Origin: Phoronis australis
Taxonomy: Eukaryota > Animalia > Phoronida
Length of the DNA stretch: 64,000 bases
Direction: 5' to 3'
Assembly: GCA_002633005.1 (NCBI GenBank)
Contig: NMRA01000320.1
Location: 2,720-66,719 of the forward strand
In this document: in pieces, positions 23,212 through 33,452 of the stretch
How positions within the stretch are numbered: position 1 is the stretch's first letter
How the letters are laid out: the number at the start of each line of letters is the position of its first letter
Position numbers and translations under genes: made by a program
Notes under the pieces: generated by a model
Seen by the model: the letters and a program-made list of their open reading frames with translations, nothing else
Told to the model about the DNA's origin: nothing
The model's database searches: none

Positions 23212-26200
23212 ATACTTTTCAGTTAACTTGAAAGCGCTTTTTTAGGAATGCACTGTTTAATTTGTATTTTATTGGCTGCATTTTCAAGATTAGAATAGGT
23301 TGCACTCATTGTCCGAACTATTTTTTGAAATTTTATTGAATAGTTTTTAAGATAAATCTTCGTCAATACTGTGATATTCAATGCTTTACTTAGCTGTTTC
23401 TTTTTGTAATAATCTTTTATGTCTTTCAGGATGTGGAGACCCAGTCTGAGTTGTCTGAGCTCAGTAGTGTCATTTGCCAGGACTTCGGGTTGCAGGTGGA
23501 CACCACGTTGACCTTAGTCCCTCGGACCACGGCTGATGGCACCACTCAAGCTGGTCCGCCTGGTGGCAGTGATGTCAGTGTACAAGTGGGCGGTGCCAAG
23601 ATGTCCGATACATTTGTCCAGGCACACGTGTCTCCTCGTCTCACGAAGAGCCGTGTGTTCAGACAGATTGTCCCACCTGTGCCCCCTCCCAGCAGGAAGG
23701 ATGCATGCGTCCAGTGCTTTCGCATGCTGCAGGACCGCACCACCCAGGTGACCGATGATGCCTACTTCTTAGGCGACTGTTGGTGCGTGTCAAGAGAGGT
23801 CAAAGTTCATCGCGTGACCCAGACCGAGTGGCTGGGTGTTAAGTCATTCCACAAGGCGACCCAGGAGCCAGAACAGACTAACTTGATTAAGACTGCGCGT
23901 GGAAGTAATTACACAACCATCAGCCATCTTGGAATGGAGGACAAGGTGACGGAGACAGACTGGACTGGAAGTAGTATGTTTCACAAGGCCACACAGTTCC
24001 CTGACGTGACCTACAGCTCCGAGGACACCAGCAAAGAGGTAACCAAGACAACAACTCGACCGTCTTCACCTACTTGGGGTCAAAGGCCACCGCAGTTCTC
24101 AGCTCCACAGTTTCAGATGCGATCGCAAGCTCCTCCCATTCGCTACCAGATGCCACCCATCCAAATGATGCAGGCCCCCATGTATGCCAATCCCTACAGC
24201 ATTGCTCAGCCGCTGTATCACAACTACCAGTATTATCCCCACAACATGTACATTCCTCAGTCTCAGACATCCCAACTACCCCCAACTGAGGGATCACCAC
24301 CCGAAGGAGGGGTGGGACAGTGAAATCTTGAACATTTTAAATAGATAAATCATTTGCCATAAGATCTACTTATGAATTGGCCTGTTAAAATGTGAGAGAA
24401 GCATTGTAAGTGTTTGTTATTAGTAATGGTTGTATTTGTGTGGTAGAAATTATTGTATCTTAAGTTTTTAGGTAGTATTGTTGGGTTTGTCTTAACAACA
24501 ACTGAAATAGTATTGTTTACTGTTATTTGTGAAGAAAATTTTATCAAATACAATGTATGAAAATGATGAAATGTAATTCATGATGGACCTGATGGAAATT
24601 TGATTCATATATACTGTGTTAAGTTGAATTTCAATTAAGGGGTTGGTTTTCATTTGTAGCATGAAGTACTGTAAGATTGTTCAGAGTTGAGTTGAATGAT
24701 TCCCTTGTTGTTTGTAATAAAGTTGTTTTAAGAACTCTACATTTGATTGATCATTATGTTTGTTGGAACTGTGGCACGCATAGGGTTTCTTGGGTACACA
24801 TTTTACAAGATTTGAAGTTTTGTTGATATTTGTATGGTCGCATATTGCCGTCATCTCTCTCCGGGCGTCTGGCGTCCGCGGCTGTATCTCCTAAACCCCT
24901 TGCAGTATCTTATTGAAATTTGGCTGGTGTGTTCCTGTAGGGTTAATGACAGAGGCCGACGAGTTTCGGACGAACCCGAATATCGCTGTGCCCGCTAGTG
25001 GCAATTTTAGTTTTTACGCTCGCCTCTGTATCTTCAAAGGTCTTCAACCGATTCTGATGAAATTTGACACATAGGCGTCTATAATGAGTTGATGCTATCC
25101 TCCCGTTTTTTGGATGGATTTGAGGCATTTTGCGCCATCATTTAGCCATTTTTACTATTTTCGAGTTGTTTTTTGGCGTCTGCCCCTCTAACAACCAAAC
25201 CACTCTAAGGATGATTGTGAGAATTGGCATGTATGTTGTTACTATGAAGAAGACAGTGGCAATTTTAGTTTTTTTACGTTTACCTCTGTATCTTCTTAGG
25301 TCCTCTACAAATTTCCATAAAATTTGGCACATAGACATCTGTTAGTGAGGCGACGATAGCCATTCATCTTCAGATTGATTCAAGGTGTTTTGCGCCATCT
25401 AGTGCCCATTTTTGTTGTTTTCAAGTCTGTTTTATTGGCGTCCGTCCCTCTGTCTACCAAACCACTCTAAGGGCGATTGTGAAAAGTGGCATGTATGTTC
25501 TTTCTATGAAGGTGACGGCTGACGATGATTTTCCGATGAATTCGACTACTGGGGCGCCTCCTAGGGGCGTTTTTTTACACCCATACCTGTATCCCCTAAG
25601 TCGTCTGCAGGATATTTATTAAATTTAGCACCTGTATTAAAAGGAAGTTAACAAGAGAAGACTAGGACTTTTAGACGGATCCGGCGAACACTGTGCCCCC
25701 TACTGGCTATTTAATTTTTCGTTTTCCTCCGTTTCTCTGAAGATCCTCGACGAATTTTAATGAAATTTGGTAAATGGCTTTCTTTTAAAGAAGCGATGAC
25801 ATTTAATTGTGATGCATTCGTGGGTGCATTTCAACGCTCCGTGTTGCTGTTATTACAAAACGAGTGGTGGAAACAATTCTGCGCTTCTAGGTTCCTACTA
25901 CAATTCTCTAAACACACCACACACCAAACCCGCGACACAAATCCCTAGACATTCCACCCTGAACTCTACACTGGAAATGCTTCATACCCGGTGACCAAAC
26001 TCAGATTCCATGGCTGTCCCTCCAGCATGCAGATGGAATATTGAGTCGAGGTCATTTCATATAGAATTTTGAGTCGTGGGCATTGTACTTGGTCATCGCG
26101 TATGGATCGTGTGTTAAGCTGAGGATGCGGTTCTGAGGATTTTGACCGTGGTTTTTGTTATCTGCTGATACAGGACTGGAGTTTATGTTGGGGAATCGTA

Positions 26201-28073
26201 GCTGGAATTGAAGGTCGCGTTCGTGGAATTGTTTGCATTCCGTGAAAACAGGCTCAAGGCTAATGAGTATTGCCACGTAATGACCTTCTATTGAAATTTC
26301 CCTAACGGGGCTCGTGGCTTTGTTTCGGGTCAAGAAATGTACTTTATAATGGTTTCCCTAGGTGAACGGCCTTTAGTGATGATGAAGCTTTACGAGACTC
26401 GTTTTTACATTATTGACAATATGCCCTAATGCCTTCGTGTGAAATATATCGTTTCTTTCGGTTCACATTGCAAAAGCAAAGCTTGCAACGGCATACTTTG
26501 TTACGTCTCGTTTTTTGTGCTTTAAATTTCCTTGCAGGAAATTCTAAAAAAATGTCAAAAGATTTGCGAATCAAGCCCTGCATAGAACCTATCGGGGTTG
26601 ACTTCGTGCGCGATTGGTAGAGGAACTGCTGTTGTTTTTATCAACTGGTTTATGTTCATGATTGCGTGCTGGGTGTTTTTTAACGCAGTAATGTTTACTA
26701 TATAGCCCTTGATATTTTGCAGTTCGTTCAGCAATCACCCTGGAAATTTAGATTGCATGAAACGGCTATTCATGGTAGTGGTATAAAAGGATTTGAAAAA
26801 GGCGCCTACGAACTCGTGCCCCCCTTCTTTCCACCACCACTTAGGCCCCCGTTTCACAATTCCTGTCAATCGCCACGACTCTAGCTTGCTCTCATGCATA
26901 TTCGGTTGTCACCAGTATGCACTTTGAATTTCAGATGTAGTGTTTATCTACAAATTTACACTCCTAAGTTTCAGCCTAGGGACTTATATCGTTACTTGTT
27001 GTCTACAAATGAATGAATTGTTTTATTTTGCCGAGAAGATGTTGGATTTTTTTATCTGTTTATTTTGTAGCGTGATCAAGCGGATATTACGAGCCTACAG
27101 AGAAACATTGAATCCGGTAAACCCAACGAAGCTGTCTTGAGCCGGTTAAAAAAAGAAATGCTGAAACTAGCTGACAATAAGGTATTATTCTTGTTCGCCA
27201 AACATTTTTCATTTTCGATGGACACCATATTGAGACTGTGCAAAAGATTTTTAGAAATCAATTTACACGATTTTGTTACAGGTTTTATATAAATTCTCAA
27301 GATAAAAAGGTTATAGTTTTGATAGCCCCTCAAAGTGGAATATTTTATAAACAATTCCTAACAAGGTTTTGGAAAACATTGCATACATGGTATCTGAAAG
27401 TTTCATATGAATCCATCCAGCCGTATTTAAGACGGGATGTTCTGAATTTTGCCAAACATGGAGTGTTTTCTTGGGTCCTGCGTAACCGTAATGTTTTTCC
27501 AGTTTCTTTGCAGATTAGGAGGGAATGTCAAAGGTTTTATAGGCGCTATACATTTTATCATGTCTTACAGTTACTGCGCTGTAGGATGCTACACTCTGGT
27601 GTCCCTGTTTTTGTTATCATATTTTAAAATTGTCTTTTGGCGCGAGGAAAATTAGACCCCTTCCTCCGGTCGGTAGCTGTACAGGCAATTTCTTCACTGC
27701 AGCACTAAAGCTGGTAGTTGGTATGAGTTGAGTAAAAAGAGAATCCGGTGCAATTTTTACTGACATCAATTTTACGTTTTTGTTTTTGAAAAAATAAACA
27801 ATTAAAAAATACCGCATCACTGCATCAATTTTCAAAATAACAATTCCGGAATTAAATATGCAGTTTACCCTTCCTACACACTCAAGAACAGTGGCAACTA
27901 GCAATATTAAATAGTTCTAGCAGTGTTTGCGAGTGTACACGCTGCAGTGATATTCTCTTCCACTTTACTTTCAGAAACAGATGACCGGAGCGATCAAGAG
28001 CGAAAGCGCCAAAACTGTTCAGTGCAATACGTCCGTGCCCGTTCCTCAACATCCCACTGGCATTGATTTATAA
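8123..28073 (+). CDS. DGCR8: Microprocessor subunit DGCR8/Pasha, spliced CDS join(8123-8482,9306-9438,9897-10039,10645-10732,11524-11640 [or duplicate 12816-12932],13321-13390,13724-13784,14189-14258,14781-14882,15389-15487,17158-17237,17508-17608,18386-18485,19681-19737,20341-20424,27071-27181,27975-28073), 624 aa
   Basis: All introns GT-AG and phase-consistent (1875 nt). Contains the WW motif LPDGW...[10 protein letters not shown]...[10 protein letters not shown], heme-ligand IPCL, two dsRBDs ([14 protein letters not shown]...KKQAKQEAA; [27 protein letters not shown]), Drosha-binding tail [17 protein letters not shown] and C-terminus IDL*. Confidence 0.95.
9306..9438 (+). CDS. DGCR8: DGCR8 coding exon 2
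   Basis: tttccag acceptor, [21 protein letters not shown]...EKVVLI, donor GTATGT. Confidence 0.88.
9897..10039 (+). CDS. DGCR8: DGCR8 coding exon 3 (WW domain)
   Basis: [42 protein letters not shown]; ttacag / GTGAGA. Confidence 0.95.
10645..10732 (+). CDS. DGCR8: DGCR8 coding exon 4 (heme-binding IPCL)
   Basis: [16 protein letters not shown]; tttcag / GTAATG. Confidence 0.93.
11524..11640 (+). CDS. DGCR8: DGCR8 coding exon 5 (copy 1)
   Basis: gatag acceptor, 117 nt phase 1-1, [14 protein letters not shown], donor GTGGGT. Confidence 0.75.
12816..12932 (+). CDS. DGCR8: DGCR8 coding exon 5 (duplicate copy after N gap)
   Basis: Near-identical to 11524-11640, intact splice sites; lies in the gap-flanking duplication. 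Confidence 0.6.
13321..13390 (+). CDS. DGCR8: DGCR8 coding exon 6
   Basis: [23 protein letters not shown]; tttcag / GTAAGT. Confidence 0.92.
13724..13784 (+). CDS. DGCR8: DGCR8 coding exon 7
   Basis: [20 protein letters not shown]; tttcag / GTATGT. Confidence 0.9.
14189..14258 (+). CDS. DGCR8: DGCR8 coding exon 8
   Basis: [23 protein letters not shown]; ttccag / GTAGGG, phase-consistent. Confidence 0.87.
14363..14608. mobile_element. Short MITE with related AGGGCTTGGAAT TIRs
   Basis: AGGGCTTGGAATG ... CATTCCAAGCCCT. Confidence 0.65.
14781..14882 (+). CDS. DGCR8: DGCR8 coding exon 9 (dsRBD1 start)
   Basis: [29 protein letters not shown]; ttgcag / GTGAGT. Confidence 0.95.
15389..15487 (+). 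CDS. DGCR8: DGCR8 coding exon 10 (dsRBD1)
   Basis: [28 protein letters not shown]; ttttag / GTGGGT. Confidence 0.94.
15541..16870 (+). mobile_element. Helentron-associated (HINE/DINE-1-like) non-autonomous element
   Basis: Sub-terminal inverted repeats ATGCGCCCAC (15543) / GTGGGCGCAT (16836), 5' palindrome, (CGTC/GTCC)-type microsatellite, ~150-bp internal tandem units, 3' stem-loop CAATGC-TCC-GCGTTG, T-rich flanks. Confidence 0.75.
17158..17237 (+). CDS. DGCR8: DGCR8 coding exon 11
   Basis: [15 protein letters not shown]...; attcag / GTAAGC. Confidence 0.92.
17508..17608 (+). CDS. DGCR8: DGCR8 coding exon 12
   Basis: [34 protein letters not shown]; tttcag / GTAAGG. Confidence 0.94.
18386..18485 (+). 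CDS. DGCR8: DGCR8 coding exon 13 (dsRBD2)
   Basis: [33 protein letters not shown]; tttcag / GTGGGT. Confidence 0.93.
19681..19737 (+). CDS. DGCR8: DGCR8 coding exon 14 (dsRBD2 helix)
   Basis: [19 protein letters not shown]; ttacag / GTAAAC. Confidence 0.93.
19920..20310. repeat. Degenerate ~44-bp tandem repeat with dimeric (~88 bp) higher-order structure
   Basis: Alternating units ...AACTCTAYRTAAC...CTTGT and ACTCT..ATAACACCAGCGTAAC..GTCTT..AAGTTA..TTG. Confidence 0.7.
20341..20424 (+). CDS. DGCR8: DGCR8 coding exon 15
   Basis: [18 protein letters not shown]; gtatag / GTATGT, ends phase 0. Confidence 0.93.
21220..21600. repeat. Degenerate ~138-bp tandem repeat, about 3 units
   Basis: Recurring AAATATTTG.CC...ATCA...TATCC.GAGATG.GTGATTTGGTCATTAG. 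Confidence 0.55.
23179..23210. repeat. (TTA)n microsatellite
   Basis: About 10 TTA units; absent (short) in the paralogous copies at ~31933 and ~34784. Confidence 0.9.
23430..24323 (+). CDS. Intronic terminal exon, 297 aa, multiple LC8-binding-type TQ/VQ motifs plus Pro/Gln/Tyr-rich tail (alternative DGCR8 last exon or last exon of a nested gene)
   Basis: Strong acceptor ttttatgtctttcag|GAT, 894-nt uninterrupted frame of higher GC than flanks, TGA at 24321-24323, AATAAA at 24716. Confidence 0.7.
   Translation, partial: DVETQSELSELSSVICQDFGLQVDTTLTLVPRTTADGTTQAGPPGGSDVSVQVGGAKMSDTFVQAHVSPRLTKSRVFRQIVPPVPPPSRKDACVQCFRMLQDRTTQVTDDAYFLGDCWCVSREVKVHRVTQTEWLGVKSFHKATQEPEQTNLIKTARGSNYTTISHLGMEDKVTETDWTGSSMFHKATQFPDVTYSSEDTSKEVTKTTTRPSSPTWGQRPPQFSAPQFQMRSQAPPIRYQMPPIQMMQAPMYANPYSIAQPLYHNYQYYPHNMYIPQSQTSQLPPTEGSPPEGGVGQ
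24830..25852 (+). mobile_element. Second HINE/DINE-1-like copy
   Basis: Same internal units and 3' end (GATGCATTCGTGGGTGCATTTCAACGCTCCGTGTTG) as 15541-16870. Confidence 0.7.
27071..27181 (+). CDS. DGCR8: DGCR8 coding exon 16 (Drosha-binding C-terminal tail)
   Basis: [37 protein letters not shown], similar to human KPNLHILSKLQEEMKRL; ttgtag / GTATTA. Confidence 0.9.
27975..28073 (+). CDS. DGCR8: DGCR8 terminal coding exon
   Basis: tttcag acceptor, phase 0, ends PTGIDL-TAA; AATAAA about 200 nt downstream (~28278). Confidence 0.8.
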   Translation, partial: KQMTGAIKSESAKTVQCNTSVPVPQHPTGIDL

Positions 28074-29662
28074 CGTAAACGAATTGCGTCTATGCAATGA
28101 TGTCCTGGTCTTTTTGCAAGCATCTTTTGTTATCTGAAATGTGAAAATTGTATTCCTTTTAATGTGATTTTTTGTAAATATTTCTGAAATATATGAAATG
28201 CTATTGTGGTTGTTGTGAGGTTGCTCTATTGCAGATCAGTTTTGTGATTTCTGTGGAAGATCCGACGTCCTATAATGCAATAAATTTGAGAAGCTAAATT
28301 GGTAGTTTTATTGTCATTACATTATCCTAGCAGTTAACAGATACTTCATGTTTGGAATACGAACCAAACATTTGGCAATCAAATTTTGCGTGCTGCAACA
28401 AAAGGGTTATGCCTGGGATTTTACTTTAAGCACGCTCNGCGCATTTCAACGCTCCGCGTTGCTCTTGTTGTAAATATTTCTGAAATATATGAAATGCTAT
28501 TGTGGTTGTTGTGAGGTTGCTCTATTGCAGATCAGTTTTGTGATTTCTGTGGAAGATCCGACGTCCTATAATGCAATAAATTTGAGAAGCTAAATTGGTA
28601 GTTTTATTGTCATTACATTATCCTAGCAGTTAACAGATACTTCATGTTTGGAATACGAACCAAACATTTGGCAATCAAATTTTGCGTGCTGCAACAAAAG
28701 GGTTATGCCTGGGATTTTACTTTAAGCACGCTCATTTCATACAACAGTCAACATTGGGCGTTATATGTATGTATATACATCAATTTCACTCGATATAAAA
28801 AGTCGATCTTATAGCTCTCCGTTTACCATTGGCCTAACTCACTTCGCTTACCAAGTTCGGGGAATAAACTACACGCTATTATTGCCGATTTGAACAGGTG
28901 GTTCTCAGTTCGTACTTTTAATCATGTCTCTTGGTCAGTTACTTCTCCAACTATCAGTTGAGTGTAGAGTTTTATTCCGAGCTTACGAAAGGAACATAAT
29001 AAAGACTTTTAATAACGAAAAGTGTCGTGTGTTTAATCAATTTTGCATACCGGAAAACTTGCTCCCGAAGTACAGCCGCTCGTACTGTGTGGACAAAAAG
29101 AAAAGACGACGGCTAAATCCGGGTCTTTAGTGAAAATGCGTTTATCGGAATTTTGATGTGACTGGATGTTCCAACTGTCCCCAGTTAGTGTAGTTTGCTG
29201 GTTACTATGCTCTATCACGACGTTCTGCATGCCTCTAAAAACGGAACTTTTTGGCACTTATTTCATAAGCTTCGAAAACCCGAATAATTTGCCTTGACTG
29301 GCCGCTTTCCACCCAGACATGCGCCTAAAAGACCGAGTAAGCTTTGGTATCAGTCTAGATAGACGATTAGAGGGAAGTGTCTCATTAAACTAATGAGTAT
29401 AAAAACCAATTAACGCAACTTTCAATTTAATCCCCAATTAAAACAAACTTTACAACTGCACATTCATTTTATTTTACCATTCGTCGCACAATTTACATTC
29501 AATATGTACACGCAACAGAGTCTCAGAGACTTAATTGTTGCTAAGCATATATGAAGGTGCAGCGTATTTTATACTACAATTAAAGCGTTAGAGTTAAAAG
29601 TGTTCAAAAGCGCTCAAACTGAGCTTATAATTAAGTCCGTCATGGAATGTGACATGAGCGTT

Positions 29663-30754
29663 CTAATCTTCACAGGCCTTGCAACACATCAAGTGCCGCC
29701 ACTGTGAAGCGAATCTTTGCGCCTGTGGAGAGGAAGTGGTTGGCTCCTTGCCCATGTGACTGTTTCGTCTGAATCGGGATTTCAAACGCTTGAAAAGTCC
29801 CTCCCGTTTCACGGTCTTTGGATTATCCGTAAAATCATAGTCTTTTGAAACGGAAGAAACGACATCAAGGGGCACACGCGCGAATCGAGACTTCTTGACG
29901 TCTTCTGGATCAATGTTCTCGGTTGTGGGTGGATTGTTGCTACATTGCAATCTTGTGTTGCTTTTCTTGATTTCAGTGTCCACTGAATTATCTGCCGTAG
30001 CAAATAGCAAATCACACTTGGTCAACGTTGCAACATTGGACGGTCTCTCAACTGCAGAGCTTTGAGTGTCCTTTGTAAATGTCTTGGTGATCATAGAGGA
30101 AACTGTCGATTCAGTCGACTCAGTGATCTCAGACAGCCTAGGGTCTTCTAAGTGGTCACTCGGGTCTTTTTTCTTACTACCAGCATCATCAGCGAAGACA
30201 GCGACACCTGACGGTTGGATGACTTCCCGTACAACGTTGTCAACGTCAGCTGGTTTGTTTCTGCCATCCAATTTCACTACTTCTCCCCCTCCTGCATTAT
30301 AGCGACCAATCGATTCTTTCTCCCTCTCCATCTGCTCATGGACATTCTTCTTTCCCCTCTCTTTTTTCTCTTGGGAAATGTGGAACACTTCCTCCGAAGT
30401 GTTTCTTTTACATTTGCTTCTATGGCGGCGCGCTTTGTGGATGCCTGACGAGTTTCCGATTTCACACTCGAATTTGCACTCGGCGACCTGCCCGGCGATT
30501 GCCTTAGATTTGTGGACAACGTCCGCTACGCATCTGACACCAGATTCCATTAATCCAAAATCAATTTCTGCTTTCTCAACAGATTCATCTCCTAACCACA
30601 TTGTCGTGCTTGCAATTGCGATGTTTTTGTACGGGGATCTCCACATGACAGAGCTTACTTTCTCTGTTGTTCTCAGAATAATTTGCCAAACAAAGTCTAT
30701 AAACCACGATATCGTGACTTTCACAAAGTCTGGAATGATTCGCAAGTGATCCAT
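29663..30754 (-). CDS. Intronless uncharacterised protein, 363 aa from ATG (copy 1)
   Basis: Long open frame from ATG (MDHLRII...), AATAAA on - strand near 29470, conserved intact in a second copy; no recognisable domain. Confidence 0.7.
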   Translation of the reverse strand: MDHLRIIPDFVKVTISWFIDFVWQIILRTTEKVSSVMWRSPYKNIAIASTTMWLGDESVEKAEIDFGLMESGVRCVADVVHKSKAIAGQVAECKFECEIGNSSGIHKARRHRSKCKRNTSEEVFHISQEKKERGKKNVHEQMEREKESIGRYNAGGGEVVKLDGRNKPADVDNVVREVIQPSGVAVFADDAGSKKKDPSDHLEDPRLSEITESTESTVSSMITKTFTKDTQSSAVERPSNVATLTKCDLLFATADNSVDTEIKKSNTRLQCSNNPPTTENIDPEDVKKSRFARVPLDVVSSVSKDYDFTDNPKTVKREGLFKRLKSRFRRNSHMGKEPTTSSPQAQRFASQWRHLMCCKACED

Positions 30755-32792
30755 TTTGAAAAATTTGTAAAGTGAATGCGTCACCTATAGTTCGACGTCA
30801 CCGACACGTCATTCAAATACCAACAAGGAATTGTTGAACTGTTATAACGACTCCCACACACCCAAAGCGCACAATTTCCGGGAATTACCGAAATTATAGG
30901 CCCATTCAAAAGAAAGAACGCCTATTGGCGTACTTTCGTGAAAATTTCCAGAAGTACACCCATGCAAGTATTTTCAGTATCGTAACCATTTTCAGAAACA
31001 CTCAAAATCCTTGCGTATTTCTTGTAGGTACTGCAACATACACATGTAATTCTTGTGTTTTGTTTTTGTACTATTTTGCAGTCCCGCAATTCAGATAATG
31101 GTTGCTATTGTTTTTAGTTGCTCAGTCACTGCACCTCGTTTTTTCAGTGAATTCCATTTTTTCTCACAAACAAGCGTCCAATNCACACCCAAAGCGCACA
31201 ATTTCCGGGAATTACCGAAATTATAGGCCCATTCAAAAGAAAGAACGCCTATTGGCGTACTTTCGTGAAAATTTCCAGAAGTACACCCATGCAAGTATTT
31301 TCAGTATCGTAACCATTTTCAGAAACACTCAAAATCCTTGCGTATTTCTTGTAGGTACTGCAACATACACATGTAATTCTTGTGTTTTGTTTTTGTACTA
31401 TTTTGCAGTCCCGCAATTCAGATAATGGTTGCTATTGTTTTTAGTTGCTCAGTCACTGCACCTCGTTTTTTCAGTGAATTCCATTTTTTCTCACAAACAA
31501 GCGTCCAATTGCAATTTGAAAAGTTCAGATTGAAATGTTGGCCAAAATTTTACGAGACGGGCCCGCGTCACTTCGCCACCATTGCATTCGTCGAGACAAC
31601 AAGGAAACAGGCAGGGTAGTTGGTGTGCACAGAGCATGCGGTAGACATAGGACATTTCACTTGAGTTGGTTTATTCCTTATTCTGTTCATACTTCCTCCG
31701 TTCTCTGCACGTGCCCTTCTTAGCTTGGGGCTGAGGTGTTTCGCTATTCACCCATCGTCTTTGTGTTACTAGATTCGCCAATCGTGTCTTACTAACTGAT
31801 TGCGTTCTTCCTTGGCTACTGTTGTGTTTATGTGGTGATGCAAGATTTTCTTTCAGCTTTAGTGGCAGCAGTAGTTTGAATAAGCTTTTTATAGTCTTGC
31901 GTAAAAATGGTTTTGAAGTTTGCGTTGATTTTTATTATTCTTATTATTACTGCATGCTTTTCAGTTAACTGAAAGCGCTTTCTTAGGAATGCGCTGTTTA
32001 ATTTGTGTTTTATTGGCTCTATTTTCAAGATTAGAATAGGTCGCACCAATTCTCCGATCTTTTTTGAAATTTTATTAAATAGCTTTTAAGATAANTCCTC
32101 TGTTGTTTGTGCACTGCATTCAGATGGTAGCACAAGGAGAATACAGACCAGTTGATCAAAACTGGTATCATTAACTATAAGATCAGAAATCGGACAAAGC
32201 ATAATGTGAAAATACAGACACCAATTGTGGGTTCATAGGTGTTCAGTTGACTGAACTTGAAGTGCAAATAGCCGTTTAGATCCATTATAAATCGCATAAA
32301 GTACTGAGATAGCAGACAAATTCCAATAAGTCCTGAAAATTCTGCGATTCTTTAAACAACATTGCATTTACCCCGTTTTCTGGTGTTGATGCTGACTTGG
32401 GTGTTTTGACGAATATTTGACCAGTAATAGGATCAAAGGTATCCTGAGATGCGTGATTTGGTCGTTAGACGGTGGCTGTTAGCTGGCCTTGTCTTCAACA
32501 TTGGATTTATCACGTCGTCTTCTGGCAACTTTGCTGACTTATATCGGCTATGCTCTCCTCAATGCAACTTTTCTTGGAAGCATCTCAAATGAAATTGTGG
32601 TTTACTAAGAGTCATTATTTTTGACTTATGTTAAGTGCCCCAGCATGTTTACACTTGGGTAATTTTTGGATGACAAATTCAGCAATTGCATAAAAGGTAA
32701 AGAGCTGCAACTTTGCAGCAATCACAGTGATCAGCACAAGATGCGCAAGGTTTCAATTGAATGGCAAATCAATTCACTTGTAAACTACCTAA

Positions 32793-33452
32793 GGTGGCAC
32801 TGAACAGTTAAGCGGCGGTCGCGGCCAATTTGCACTGCCAAAATATTGAAATTTTGGGGTAGGCCAAGTTTGGGGGCATTTTGTAGGTGGGCATTGCACG
32901 TAGGCTCAATGAATGTGGTTTGTTTGTATTTGTGAACATGCTGTGAATAAAAAAGGCCACTTTCTTGGCTGTAGCTGCACTCTTCTTCAAGATGGCGGCC
33001 CCCGGCTGCAATTGTGCATTGTTGGGTAGCGACCGAGAAATTGGCTGTGATTTTAGGTAGCCCTCAAACAAGCAAGAATTGCAAAAAAACTAGTTGGTTG
33101 ACAGTACTTTTGGACCACATTTTCTGAATCGGTAGGAAATTTGCTTTCAGACTCTAAGTTTGGTTTTAGTCGTGCATCGGCAGGGAAGTGGTGTTTTTCG
33201 GGTGAAAAGTGCCGATTTTGCATTTTTTTGCCCTTATTTTTCTTAGTCTAGCTTGGTTGTCAGTGGGAATGAAATGGTCAAAAATACAAGAAAGAATAAA
33301 GTTTCTGTGCTCATCTGCTGGGCTTTTTATGTGAAATAATTGAAAACATGCCATTCTTTGCATCCTGTTTTTGACAGAGTGAAGAAAAGGTTACAAATCA
33401 AGTGATGTGTGTTTTGCTGGGCAAAACCCAGTGAGAACTGTTCTGTGCCTCC
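32793..33452. mobile_element. PIF/Harbinger-type MITE, 660 bp
   Basis: TIRs GGTGGCACTGAACAGTT / AACTGTTCTGTGCCTCC, TAA target duplication; the empty site is visible in the paralogous segment at ~21846 (ctaccTAAcacaaaa). Confidence 0.88.

Noticed and set aside
21003-26620. Possible TIR pair enclosing the TQ exon (GACCTATCGCAAGCTCCACCCC vs GGGGTTGACTTCGTGCGCGATTGGT)
   Set aside because: Similarity too weak and gapped, and no target-site duplication visible.
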